Positions 15,710-47,265 of a stretch of DNA of 64,000 nucleotides are shown one piece after another; position 1 is the stretch's first letter, and each line of letters starts with the position of its first letter. Source of the stretch: Macrostomum lignano (Eukaryota); assembly GCA_002269645.1 (NCBI GenBank), contig NIVC01001595.1, forward strand, positions 56,602 to 120,601, written 5' to 3'. A model generated the notes under the pieces. It did no database searches, was not told the origin of the DNA, and saw nothing but the letters and a program-made list of their open reading frames with translations. The position numbers were made by a program, and so were the translations under genes.

Positions 15710-16872
15710 CATCTATATATCCATCTATCTATCATGCAGATGGTGTCGATCGTGCGCGATTACGGCATGGTGGTGCTGTCTCGGCCCGGCTCCGATCCGC
15801 ACAGGTTTGTGCACACCTTTGATCTCATCAATCCTTATGAGGTGAGAGATACACTCTAAGCTATCTATCTGATTTGATGATTTAGCGATCCTTTCATCCT
15901 GTTCCACCCCTATCTATCCTGTCCCACCCCTATCTATCCTGTCCCACCCCTATCTATCCTGTCCCACCCCTATCTATCCTGTCCCACCCCTATCTATCCT
16001 GTCCCACCCCTATCTATCCTGTCCCACCCCTATCTATCCTGTCCCACCCCTATCTATCCTGTCCCACCCCTATCTATCCTGTCCCACCCCTATCTATCCT
16101 GTCCCACCCCTATCTATCCTGTCCCACCCCTATCTATCCTGTCCCACCCCTATCTATCCTGTCCCACCCCTATCTATCCTGTCCCACCCCTATCTATCCT
16201 GTCCCACCCCTATCTATCCTGTCCCACCCCTATCTATCCTGTCCCACCCCTATCTATCCTGTCCCACCCCTATCTATCCTGTCCCACCCCTATCTATCCT
16301 GTCCCACCTCTATCTATCCTGTCCCACCCCTATCTATCCTGTCCCACCCCTATCTATCCTGTCCCACCCCTATCTATCCTGTCCCACCCCTATCTATCCT
16401 GTCCCACCCCTATCTAGTGAGGTTCTACCCTCCTCTGTGTGTCATCTAGTGAGTTTCTACCCTCCTCTGTATGTCATCTAGTGAGTTGCTACCCTCCTCT
16501 GTATGTCATCTAGTGAGTTTCTATCCCCTCTGTAAGTGTCTATCCCCCCTGTGCCTCAACCTTATTTTTGGCAAGATATTTACCCAGCGAACGCAAAATT
16601 TTGCAGCGCAACATTCGCCTAGTGACCGAGTGGGCAGTGAATGACATCAGCTCAACGCTGATTCGTCGCACTCTGCAACGCAACGAAAGCGTTCGTTACA
16701 TGCTACCCGATCCTGTCATAGATTATATCTATCGCAATGGGCTGTACGGAAGTACTGCCTCTTGGCCTAGGTACGTTGCTTTCTGTTTTATAATATTGAA
16801 ATTTAATCACTTAAAGCTTAGTAAGTTTTAGTCTGTTCTTTGCCTTTCAGATTGGAAAACTTTGCCGACTAA
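14366..16872 (+). CDS. NMNAT: Nicotinamide/nicotinate mononucleotide adenylyltransferase; exons 14366-14762, 14876-15024, 15740-15841, 16607-16770, 16851-16872
   Basis: [16 protein letters not shown] (T/HxxH motif), [58 protein letters not shown] and [11 protein letters not shown]. All introns are GT-AG with compatible phases. The short last exon is less certain. Confidence 0.92.
15035..15730. repeat. (GTCT)n grading into (ATCT)n in NMNAT intron 2
   Basis: Direct reading; source of the SVCL/IYLS ORFs. Confidence 0.95.
15900..16414. repeat. 20-bp near-perfect minisatellite GTCCCACCCCTATCTATCCT, ~25 copies, NMNAT intron 3
   Basis: Exact 20-bp period over eight-plus sequence lines. Confidence 0.97.
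16412..16530. repeat. About 3-4 units of the 32-bp TCATCTAGTGAGTT(G/T)CTACCCTCCTCTGTGTG family inside NMNAT intron 3
   Basis: Same unit as the array at 17145-18182. Confidence 0.85.
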
Positions 16873-17144
16873 ATATTGTGTTGTTGCCGATGTTTTGCCT
16901 TGTGAATGCCTCACACTAAATAGAGATGTTTTACTGACATAGATGTTACTCATAATTGAAGCTTTTTACTTTATATTCATGTAGTTTATGACTGCTTCTT
17001 GACAGGCCTTCGGTCAGTTGATTATTATTAAAAATTAATACTTTGATATTTTTAAGTTCGTCGACTGTTTAAAACTACTTTTGTTTTCTATTTGCATTTC
17101 TTTAGATTCTTTGTTTCTGGTTTTATAGTGCTGCTAACATCTGT

Positions 17145-18182
17145 GTTCTGTCATCTAGTGAGTTGCTACCCTCCTCTGTGTGTCATCTAGTGAGTTGCTA
17201 CCCTCCTCTGTGTGTCATCTAGTGAGTTGCTACCCTCCTATGTGTGTCATCTAGTGAGTTGCTACCCTCCTCTGTGTGTCATCTAGTGAGTTGCTACCCT
17301 CCTCTGTGTGTCATCTAGTGAGTTGCTACCCTCCTCTGTGTGTCATCTAGTGAGTTGCTACCCTCCTATGTGTGACATCTAGTGAGTTTCTACCCTCCTC
17401 TGTGTCATCTAGTGAGTTTCTACTCTCCTCTGTGTGTCATCTAGTGAGTTGCTACCCTCCTCTATGTCATCTAGTGAGTTTCTACCCTCCTCTGTGTGTC
17501 ATCTAGTGAGTTTCTACCCTCCTCTGTGTCATCTAGTGAGTTTTTACCCTCCTCTGTGTGACATCTAGTGAGTTTCTACCCTCCTCTGTGTCATCTAGTG
17601 AGTTTCTACCCTCTGTGTGTCATCTAGTGAGTTTCTACCCTCCTCTGTGTGTCATCTAGTGAGTTGCTACCCTCCTCTGTGTGTCATCTAGTGAGTTGCT
17701 ACTCTCCTCTGTGTGTCATCTAGTGAGTTGCTACCCTCCTCTGTGTGTCATCTAGTGAGTTTCTACCCTCCTCTGTGTCATCTAGTGAGTTTTTACCCTC
17801 CTCTGTGTGACATCTAGTGAGTTTCTACCCTCCTCTGTGTCATCTAGTGAGTTTCTACCCTCTGTGTGTCATCTAGTGAGTTTCTACCCTCCTCTGTGTG
17901 TCATCTAGTGAGTTGCTACCCTCCTCTGTGTGTCATCTAGTGAGTTGCTACTCTCCTCTGTGTGTCATCTAGTGAGTTGCTACCCTCCTCTGTGTGTCAT
18001 CTAGTGAGTTTCTACCCTCCTCTGTGTGTCATCTAGTGAGTTGCTACCCTCCTCTGTGTGTCATCTAGTGAGTTGCTACCCTCCTCTGTGTGTCATCTAG
18101 TGAGTTGCTACTCTCCTCTGTGTGTCATCTAGTGAGTTGCTACTCTCCTCTGTGTGTCATCTAGTGAGTTTCTACCCTCCTC
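17145..18182. repeat. 32-bp minisatellite TCATCTAGTGAGTTGCTACCCTCCTCTGTGTG, ~32 copies
   Basis: Direct tandem periodicity with 30-32 bp variants. Confidence 0.95.
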
Positions 18183-18574
18183 TTAAATGAGTTTCAATTT
18201 TGCTTTGAAAGTTTTTGCTTAATACCATGACTTTACTTTTGTATTTGTTAATTCTTACATCTTTGACCTGTTGTTTTTTAGAGACTTAGTCTAGCTAAAA
18301 GTGCAACTCTTGCCTTCTAAGCACCCAAATTTCAAAATTAGGGCGTTAACTGTAAGTTTCATATTTTGCCAAGCGTTCTGGTGTGCGATTTAATAATAAA
18401 AAAAGTTGTTTTTGTTCTATCACCAATATATTAGCAGATGAGCTTTTCTGAAATACATTTTTTTAATCACAGCCATACTAGGCATGCATAAGAAGAGAGC
18501 GTTGCTATTGTCTTTTTCCAATACTTACTTAATCAACTTACTAATACGTATTCCCAATGCCTGTTTTAATTCCT

Positions 18575-19030
18575 CACTCAAATCCCCACTCAAATCCCTA
18601 CTCAAATCCCACACTATTTTAAATCCCCACTCAAATCCCACACTATTTCAAATCCCCACTCAATCCCACACTATTTTAAATCCCCACTCAAATGCCTACT
18701 CAAGTCCCAAATTTTTTTTCAAATCCCCACTCAAATTCCACACTATTTTAAATCCCCACTCAAATGCCCACTCAAATCCCAATTTTTTTCAAATCCCCAC
18801 TCAAATTCCACACTATTTTAAATCCCCACTCAAATGCCTACTCAAATCCCAATTTTTTTTCAAATCCCACACTATTTTAAATCCCCACTTAAATCCCACA
18901 CTATTTTAAATCCCCACTCAAATGCCTACTCAAATCCCAATTTGTTTTCAAATCTCTACTCAAATCCCGCAGCATTTCGAATCCCCAGTCAAATCCCACA
19001 TCATTTCAAATCCCCACTCAACTCCCACAG
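18575..19030. repeat. Degenerate AAATCCC(C)ACTC / CACACTATTTT composite repeat
   Basis: Recurrent CAAATCCCCACT and CCCACACTATTTTAAAT modules. Confidence 0.8.
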
Positions 19031-19089
19031 CATTTCAAATCGTGACCCTGCAAAAAGCCAATTGCCAGCTGTTCCTCCAAAGCCGATCC

Positions 19090-19953
19090 ATGGTGGTGCT
19101 ACTCCGGTTAATTCAACGCTGCAGCGGCGGCGGCAGCAGCGGCGGTCGCAGCGGCGACACGGACGCCGACACAGATTTATACGGCCCGGCGGAGGCTGTC
19201 CTTTTTGCCATTGGCCAGCCGTTTCGCGTGTTGCAGACTCTGGCATTGGCTTCTGGGGGAGATTTTTCTGTTGCGGTGTCCTCAGCTCGCCCCGCCTTGT
19301 CTGCCCTGGTGCTGACCGGCCTGCCTGTGGGTCTCCTCTGCGACTGCCTGCTCACAGCCGGCCTGCAGCTCTCCTTGCAGCGGCCGCCCATTCCTACGCG
19401 ATCTGCTTCGAGAAACCACCAGCAGCAGCAGCAACAGCAGCAGCAATCGTTCTTCTCTTTGAACACGGCTCGTCTTCTAGGCTTCAATGCCTACGCCTGT
19501 TTGGTTACTCAACCGCTGCGGGTGCTGCAGCTGCGCCAGCTGCTGAGCCTGACCGCCGCCTCCGCCTCGGTGTCCGTCCTGACCGCCGCTCGCGCCGTCT
19601 ACGCCGAGAACGGCTGGCGCGGCTTCTTTGCCGGCTTTGCCGGTCGGGCGCTTCGGCACTGCTCCCTGGTGCTGGCCTTCCTGGCGGCTGCTCGCCTGCG
19701 GCGCTGGCTGCTGGCGCGTCGCGCCGTGGCGCCGCCGAAGCCGCTGGCTGGCGCGCCTAGTAGAGTGGTTTTTCCTTCGGCGGTGTACTGCCTGGCTGGC
19801 CAGCTGCTGCACCCGCTGGCGGCCTGGGAGGTGGCCACAGTGGCCGCGGCGGCGGCCGCCGCTGTACCCTCTGCCGTGTCGCTGTTCCCCCTGTCGTATT
19901 CTTGCGCTCCGGTGCAATCGGCTGTGCGTATTTTAGCCGAGATGAGGCGCTAG
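19090..19953 (+). CDS. Divergent mitochondrial carrier (SLC25) protein, MTCH-like, 287 aa, apparently single exon
   Basis: CLVTQPLRVLQLRQ...ARAVYAENGWRGFFAG resembles the MTCH2 segment HPFHVITLR...IYREEGILGFFAG. Degenerate carrier Pro motifs at GQPFRVL and LHPLAAW. GC-rich coding composition with poly-Q. Confidence 0.65.
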   Translation: MVVLLRLIQRCSGGGSSGGRSGDTDADTDLYGPAEAVLFAIGQPFRVLQTLALASGGDFSVAVSSARPALSALVLTGLPVGLLCDCLLTAGLQLSLQRPPIPTRSASRNHQQQQQQQQQSFFSLNTARLLGFNAYACLVTQPLRVLQLRQLLSLTAASASVSVLTAARAVYAENGWRGFFAGFAGRALRHCSLVLAFLAAARLRRWLLARRAVAPPKPLAGAPSRVVFPSAVYCLAGQLLHPLAAWEVATVAAAAAAAVPSAVSLFPLSYSCAPVQSAVRILAEMRR

Positions 19954-20049
19954 AGATCTGCGGTGCAGTTTCTGATAAACTAGTAAATGATTGAGAGCTT
20001 GGTTTGCCTTCGATTGAAGAGAAAAGCTTTGTTGCGTCTCCCCCCCTTA

Positions 20050-21283
20050 TCACCTCAATGATCCATCTAGAATCGCCCCCCCCCCCTAAATGATCCATCT
20101 AGAATCGCCCCCATCAATGATCCATCTAGAATCGCCCCCTCATATATCCATCTAGAATCGCCCCCCCCCTAAATGATCCATCTAGAATCGCCCCCCCCCC
20201 CAATGATCCATCTAGAATCGCCCCCCTCAATGATCCATTTAGAATCGCCCCCCTCAATGATCCATCTAGAATCGCCCCCCCCGAAATGATCCATCTAGAA
20301 TCGCCCCCCTCAATGATCCATCTGGAATCGCCCCCCCCCTAAATGATCCATCTAGAATCGCCCCCCTCAATGATCCATTTAGAATCGCCCCCCTCAATGA
20401 TCCATCTAGAATCGCCCCCCCCCTAAATGATCCATCTAGAATCGCCCCCCTCAAATATCCATCTAGAATCGCCCCCCTCAATGATCCATCTAGAATCGCC
20501 CCCCCCCCACCTAAATGATCCATCTAGAATCGCCCCCATCAATGATCCATCTAGAATCGCCCCCCTCAATGATCCATCTAGAATCGCCCCCCTCAATGAT
20601 CCATCTGGAATCGCCCCCCTCAATGATCCATCTAGAATCGCCCCCTCATATATCCATCTAGAATCGCCCCCCCCCTAAATGATCCATCTGGAATCGCCCC
20701 CCCCCTAAATGATCCATCTGGAATCGCCCCCCCCTCAATGATCCATCTAGAATCGCCCCCTCAATTATCCATCTAGAAACGTCCCCCCTAAATGATCCAT
20801 CTGGAATCGCCCCCTCAATGATCAATCTAGAATCGCCCCCATCAATGATCCATCTAGAATCGCCCCCCCCCAATGATCCATCTAGAATCTAGAATCGCCC
20901 CCTCCCCTAAATGATCCATCTAGAATCGCCCCCCTCCACTAAATGATCCATCTAGAATCGCCCCCCCCCTAAATGATCAATCTAGAATCGCCCCCCTCAA
21001 TGATCCATCTAGAATCGCCCCGTCTCAATGATCCATCTAGAATCGCCCCGTCTCAATGATCCATCTAGAATCCCCCCCTCAATGATCCATCTAGAATCCC
21101 CCCTCAATGATCCATCTAGAATCCCCCCCCTCAATGATCCATCTGGAATCCCCCCCCCTCAATGATCCATCTAGAATCCCCCCTCAATTATCCATCTAGA
21201 ATCCCCCCTCAATTATCCATCTAGAATCCCCCCTCAATTATCCATCTAGATTTGCCCCCAATGATCCATCTAGAATCGCCCCA
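20050..21283. repeat. ~27-bp minisatellite AATGATCCATCTAGAATCG(C)n with a variable poly-C run
   Basis: About 43 units with a constant TCTAGA core and C-runs of roughly 4-10. Confidence 0.95.
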
Positions 21284-23353
21284 TATCATACATTCTGTTT
21301 CGCCTTTTATCCCTTCACTTCGATCCATGTCTTTATGCTACTGTTAATTGCGTAACGACAAACTTGGAGATCAAAGGATTTTTGTTATAGTTTAGAGTTT
21401 TGAATTGATTGTAACAAATTTGCACGAGAGTAGAAATAATCAATTAAAAACGGTATTCTTACTAGTAAAGCTAACAGTTTTGCGTTTAATTGCTATGCTT
21501 TTTTTCGTTTCGATTGATACCTGTGGTGTTTATGTAATTACAGTTATTTTTTATTTGATAAATTTAACAGATACTTAATATCGAAGTTATTTAATTAAAT
21601 AGACTGTCATGTACTTATTGAGCTGTTGAGCATATCGTCAATGATATTGCCCGTGGTGCTAACCCGCTAGCAATGGTATTCACTAATGTAATATGTAGAA
21701 GAAGTAACTGATAAGTGTAATGCACTCACTGTACATGTGTATGCACTTGTGAGGAATAATTATTGTAGGATAAGTCAACTGCTCAAATTGAATCTATTTG
21801 CTGTGTTGTTAAAAGCGGCTTAGTCTAATTTACATAATCTTGCCATCTAATCGTTCAGAAATTTCTTGCATAAATAGGAACAGTCAAGACATGCAATTGT
21901 CGGCTTTTTGTTTCTAAAATTTGAAAATGCTATTAGGGTATTTTTCTGCCCTATTATATACTGGCTACTTTAAAAACAACTATCGAATTCGTGAGTTTTT
22001 ATAATTTTAGCTACACTACTAAATGACTAACACTCATACATGTAGTTTATTGATTTTTTGTTTAAACATCCGCTACCTATCTATATAAAGTTCAGACGAT
22101 TGCCGAGTTTATTATATATTGCTTTGTAACTGCATTGCATGTGCGCTGTCAGGTTTTAAGACAGTTGTTTTATTTCACTTTATTTTTCCCTCCAGTTAAT
22201 AAGCTGAAGATAATTGATAAATACATGCATACTTACGCGAGCCAATTAAGCATTAGTCAAGAGTTTGCTTTACTTGTTAGTTGTAAGTCTCAATAATTAT
22301 ATTTCGCGTTAGTCGGTTCTTGTAATTTTTTAAACAGTTTTAAGCCTTAATCAAAGAACAGAATCGAAAATACTCGCTCGCCGGAGTAAAATAAAAAACG
22401 CAATTTATCGTGTACATGTTATGTATCCTTACGACTACGAGCTCTTATTCAAAGCTGATATTGCGCAACAGCAACAGTTAAATCGTTAAATTTACGATTT
22501 TGTTAAATGAACTGACGTATTTCTTAAAGAAGTCAATTTTTCATATTTTCTTTCGTCAGTGCATTTCTTTAATTGACTGACATTACCACATTAATTTTCG
22601 AACCCAGATGACGGACTTGACTAGCAAATTTTGTTCCGACTTCTACAGATATAGGCCTGCATTAATATTACGAGTGATTCGTTGGTGTCCACTGTATTAA
22701 AGATTTGACATTCTATATAATGACAGGCGTATTCTCTGCTTACCCGATATTAGTTTTTAACCTGTCGAAAACGATTCCTTCAAGCCGGCAATAGCAAGAA
22801 AAAACAAATGAATTTATAGTTATGCACATTTATTAAGTAAAGTAAAACAGATGAACAAAAATTCAAAAGATTTATTTTTTAATTCTCAGTAATTTATATT
22901 ATGCAAATAATATTATATCAAACACTTAATATGTTCTAAGAAATCACTCTCATCATCACGGCTGACTAATTCGAGTTCGAATCGAGTTGATTGAGTATAT
23001 TGTGATTGTAAACCCCAGCTGTCAGTGTAGTCAGCGTATTCGAAGTATTACTTTTAAAATTATTAAGAACACTCGGAATTAAATAGAACATTTTCATTTA
23101 ACTTTTATCTTTATAAACCGAGTATAGTGATGAAAAACTTTTATTCAGAAAAATTTATGTAGAACCTAGCCGCCAGTGTAGTGTCTTAACTCGGAATTTG
23201 ATTTTCTTTGTCTCGTATTGTAGTATTTGTAGGCATATGCCTAGGCCCTAGCCTAGTAGACGTACAGGCTGTTTTGGTTTGACTTTAGAACTTTCTTCAG
23301 TTCACAAACCTGAAAACTGGCCAAAGTAGATTATCATTTAATAACACAGAAAC

Positions 23354-42632
<19,279 letters not shown>

Positions 42633-42734
42633 TTGACAGGTCGTTAACAGGCGTTTTCCCTTCGATGCTTCTTAAATTTGCTTCCTCTGATGCCTGAGTG
42701 ATGTCTAACGCTTGTTATGCTGGCAGTGTGTTGT

Positions 42735-43345
42735 ACAACACAGGTGTTAGATACACTGTCAGACATACTATGTTAGATACTTTGCGTTATACAATAAGGT
42801 GTTCACTCTGTGTTCGATACACTGTGTTAGACACACTGTTAGACACATTGTTAGACACACTGTTAGACACACTGTTAGACACATTGTTAGACACACTGTT
42901 AGACACATTGTTAGACACACTGTTAGACACACTGTCTTGGACACACTGTGTTAGACATTGTGTTAGATACTCTGCGTTATGCAATCAGGTGTTAGACACA
43001 CTGTTAGACACACTCTGTTAGACACATTGTGTTAGATAATGTGTTAGACACACTGTGTTAGACATATTGTGTTAGATACTCTGCGTTATGCAATCAGGTG
43101 TTAGCCACACTGTTAGATATATTGTGTATTAGTGTCGGCAATCTCAGCTTCACACTTGTGTGTGAGTTAGACACACTGTTAGACACACTGTGTTAGACAC
43201 ACTGTTAGACACACTGTCTTGGACACACTTTGTTAGACACATCGTGTTAGATAATGTGTTAGACACACTTTGTTAGACATATTGTGTTAGATACTATGCG
43301 TTATGCAATCAGGTGTTAGACACACTGTTAGATATATTGTGTATT
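42735..43345. repeat. 12-bp GTTAGACACA(C/T)T repeat with larger duplicated blocks, 3' of the AGAP stop
   Basis: LDTL periodic ORF. The block CGTTATGCAATCAGGTGTTAG recurs three times. Confidence 0.85.
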
Positions 43346-45431
43346 AGTGTCGGCAATCTCAGCTTCACACTTCGCCTCATCACTCTGCCGCTAGTCTCCC
43401 CACCGCCACTCTGTTTGTTACTCCCTCGCTTTAGCTTGTTATATTTATATATATATTAACTATTATGTTGTAGTTATTCAATTACTTTTGCACCTGCCGC
43501 TTGTCATACTTCACCAGCCCGCTAAACTCGTTGAGCTCAATTAACAGTCATTTTTTCTGTAGATTTTCTATCTATTTCGATTTATTTATAATGTATTGAC
43601 ATAACCGTGTGCCGATATGAATGATCAAATTCGATTCAATAACCCACCCTAGCAACAAATAAATGCATTGTTGTTATTGTTGTTACTATACTTGTTGTTG
43701 ATTTTTTTACCGTTTCACAAGCAAAATAATATGCTGATTTACTACTACTAATATGTGTCATAATAGTAGTATCTGCAATAAGGCATGATTTTCTACGCAA
43801 AACAAATAATTGTCACCCGCATGGCATCTAGTCAGTGCTTGGCCAGCGTTGGATGCAATCAGGCAATGTCCTCATCGGATTTTATCTGCTCGTTATTTTA
43901 CTTGTATATAATAATTGTTTTCATTTTTTAAATTAATTGCAATTTTCTTCACCGCTCAGTGTATCGCCGCGTTTTATTGGAAATTTAATATGTTTGTTAT
44001 TACCTGCATATGGAGTTTCTGGCCTGCATGCGTGAGGCAGTGTGCAGTTGCTGTTTGTTAGATTCATATAACCCGCGTGAACAACTTCTTCAACTCGTTG
44101 CTTTGTTATTATGATTGAATCGTTTGTGCAAATTCGCTCGTGTAAAATGGTTGCAATATACAATAAATTTCTATTCATATTATTATAAGTAGTATGGACT
44201 ACTATTATTTGTATCGATATTTGCTTGCGTTGGCTCAGCACAAGGAAAAATGGCACAGCTAAAATTAAAGTATTTTCTGTTAATTTATTTTATTGCTATT
44301 GCAAATTTCGATGGCCTGATGCATCAGCTACTACTTAGTTCAATAAATAAGTTTGATCAGCTGATTCTCACTACGAGTATTCGGCACTGTGAAACCTACT
44401 AATACTGTGAAAAAATGAAGGTATATTAATAACCATTAACCACTTCAGTACAGTAAAGCTTCGCAATACCTAGATACATGCATTCTTTCATTCTTTTTCT
44501 TAAGGCAATTAAATGACCTGTTAAGTTATTATCGATACATGTCGGCTATCAACAAAATTTATATTTGTATTTCACGCGTTGTACGATGCCTCTTGTGAAC
44601 CACTAAGTTTAAAAGCTTGTTAGCTGTTATTTATTATTCCTTATTGATAGGAAAGATTTGAGATTTATGATTTATATGACTTGCATCTACATGTAAGAAT
44701 CTACATGCATGGTAAAAATATGGTCAAAAAGAGTAGGATAGCGCCAGCGGGTGTATTGAGTTCGATTGGAACAGAAGGACAGTCTGGTAATCGGTTTAAG
44801 TTGCGAAGTAACCGCCAGGCATTTGCCTACTCCAGCCTTTCTTACTGCTCAATTACTTATTTAAGCTTAGCTCAAATGCATGATGAAACTTAACATTTTT
44901 TATCTTAGCTTTTTCTTTGCCTGTCCGTGATAGCCTACTGTAAGTATGACTGACACAATGGAAAATGATTTTTTAATTTACATAGCTTTAAATCTTTTTA
45001 TAGTAGGCTTTTAATTCTTGGTGTCCCAAATTCAAATGTCATTGTCTATAGCCCTCGTGATTTATACACCATAGCTGCCTCTATCAGCGTTCAAAACGCT
45101 GATATGCTATTACAAACTTATCAAGATATTTAATGTTAGACCCACCCATTTGCCTTCACTAAAACTGCAGCCACGCAGACCATGCGTGCCCTCTCTGTGT
45201 TAATTCATCTAACTAGCTAACTATGCAAATAAGATGGGTCGGGCGGAAAAATATCAAGCCACCACCCCAACACTGCCCCCGAGCACAATGCCGAGGGTTA
45301 TAAATACAATGCAATTGGAAGAGCCGAGGCTTGACTACCGATAAACGACCTGTTACAGTCTCAAAAGGAATGTTTAATCTCATGTAAAACATAGACAATA
45401 TTTTACTGGATATTATTGAATATATTTACGA

Positions 45432-46053
45432 CTTAATACCCCTGGTGCTTAATGCCCCTGGTGCTTAATGCCCCTGGTGCTTAATGCCCCTGGTGCTTAA
45501 TGCCCCTGGTGCTTAATGCCCCTGGTGCTTAATGCCCCTGGTGCTTAATGCCCCTGGTGCTTAATGCCCCTGGTGCTTAATGCCCCTGGTGCTTAATGCC
45601 CCTGGTGCTTAATGCCCCTGGTGCTTAATGCCCCTGGTGCTTAATGCCCCTGGTGCTTAATGCCCCTGGTGCTTAATGCCCCTGGTGCTTAATGCCCCTG
45701 GTGCTTAATGCCCCTGGTGCTTAATGCCCCTGGTGCTTAATGCCCCTGGTGCTTAATGCCCCTGGTGCTTAATGCCCCTGGTGCTTAATGCCCCTGGTGC
45801 TTAATGCCCCTGGTGCTTAATGCCCCTGGTGCTTAATGCCCCTGGTGCTTAATGCCCCTGGTGCTTAATGCCCCTGGTGCTTAATGCCCCTGGTGCTTAA
45901 TGCCCCTGGTGCTTAATGCCCCTGGTGCTTAATGCCCCTGGTGCTTAATGCCCCTGGTGCTTAATGCCCCTGGTGCTTAATGCCCCTGGTGCTTAATGCC
46001 CCTGGTGCTTAATGCCCCTGGTGCTTAATGCCCCTGGTGCTTAATGCCCCTGG
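45432..46053. repeat. Array A: 16-bp TTAATGCCCCTGGTGC, ~39 near-perfect copies
   Basis: Direct reading; same unit at 58987-59873. Confidence 0.97.
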
Positions 46054-47029
46054 TTCTGGCGCCTCCTAAAGACCCCCCCCCCCAACAAAAATCCTGGCTA
46101 CGCCCAAGAACGCTTCACTATGGGAGGTGTTTAGACCGAATTCTGACCGAAACTCAATTTGAATTTGGCACTCAGCCTCTGTAATTCCTACATTTATGCA
46201 AAAAGTACATTTCTTCGCCAAAAATGGTCTATAACTATACACACGTCCCAACCATTTCCAGTGTAGTAGGTTAAATTCTTTAGAAATGCTGTCAGCAATT
46301 GTCACATGCATTCATTCAGCTTCTTTAATTCGAAACTGCAATGCTTCCTCGCTTTAGGCTATGACTTGACCTGAAAGGAGTGGCAGCGCATGCATTAATA
46401 GTGGTCCAAACCATTGCTTCAATGAGCTCAATACCGATCCGATCGATCGCTCACTATTGGAATCCCCCTGAGCCACCACCCCCCGTTTCCAGCCTTTGAC
46501 TCCAACACAACTACTAGAGGCGTGCTGGTAAGTTGAACGACGCCATGGTGTGCAGGACTTTGCACGCAGCTCAGTTGTAAGCCATGAAAAGCCAAGCTAC
46601 TCAGCAGAGTGGGCAAATGCCACCCAGCCCCAGCCCACTGCCTGGCTGGGTGTAGCGATGTCCGGCAGCTCAAAGCACCTGCTCTGAGCTGAGAGAGTGA
46701 GACAGCTAGCTATTCCCAAGTCTTTAAAGGTTTGAAATGGAATCAGCCTGTTTGCCGAGAAGTCCAAGTCCGACAAAATTTCGTATTCGTCTGCGCTGGC
46801 CGAGAAATTTCGACATGACAATCACTTGAGCTCTGTTTGGAATTTTTGTCTGCCTGTGCCTGGCTACGGATTGTATAATTCTTGAACGCTTACGAGTGCT
46901 TTGACCATAGACGCACGAGTAAGCGTTCATGAATTTCATTCTTATTAGAGCCATTCTCCCCCTTCACTGAATTAATTTTATATGTCGGCGTGGAATAAAA
47001 AAGCACGAAAATCGATTTATTTTTAACCC

Positions 47030-47265
47030 CCCTCTCTTTCCTCCCTCCACACTCTCTGTCTCCTCTTTCCTCCCTCCACACTCTCTGTCTCCTCTTTCCT
47101 CCCTCCACACTCTCTGTCTCCTCTTTCCTCCCTCCACACTCTCTGTCTCCTCTTTCCTCCCTCCACACTCTCTGTCTCCTCTTTCCTCCCTCCACACTCT
47201 GTCTCCTCTTTCCTCCCTCCACACTCTCTGTCTCCTCTTTCCTCCCTCCACATTCTCTCTCCTCC
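47030..47265. repeat. 29-bp CT-rich repeat CCTCTTTCCTCCCTCCACACTCTCTGTCT, ~8 copies
   Basis: 29-aa periodic ORFs on the minus strand. Confidence 0.9.

Noticed and set aside
43933-44256. 107-aa minus-strand ORF and other short AT-rich ORFs (25556-25807, 28725-28949, 56184-56660)
   Set aside because: No recognisable motifs, no coding-like composition and no supporting splice structure.
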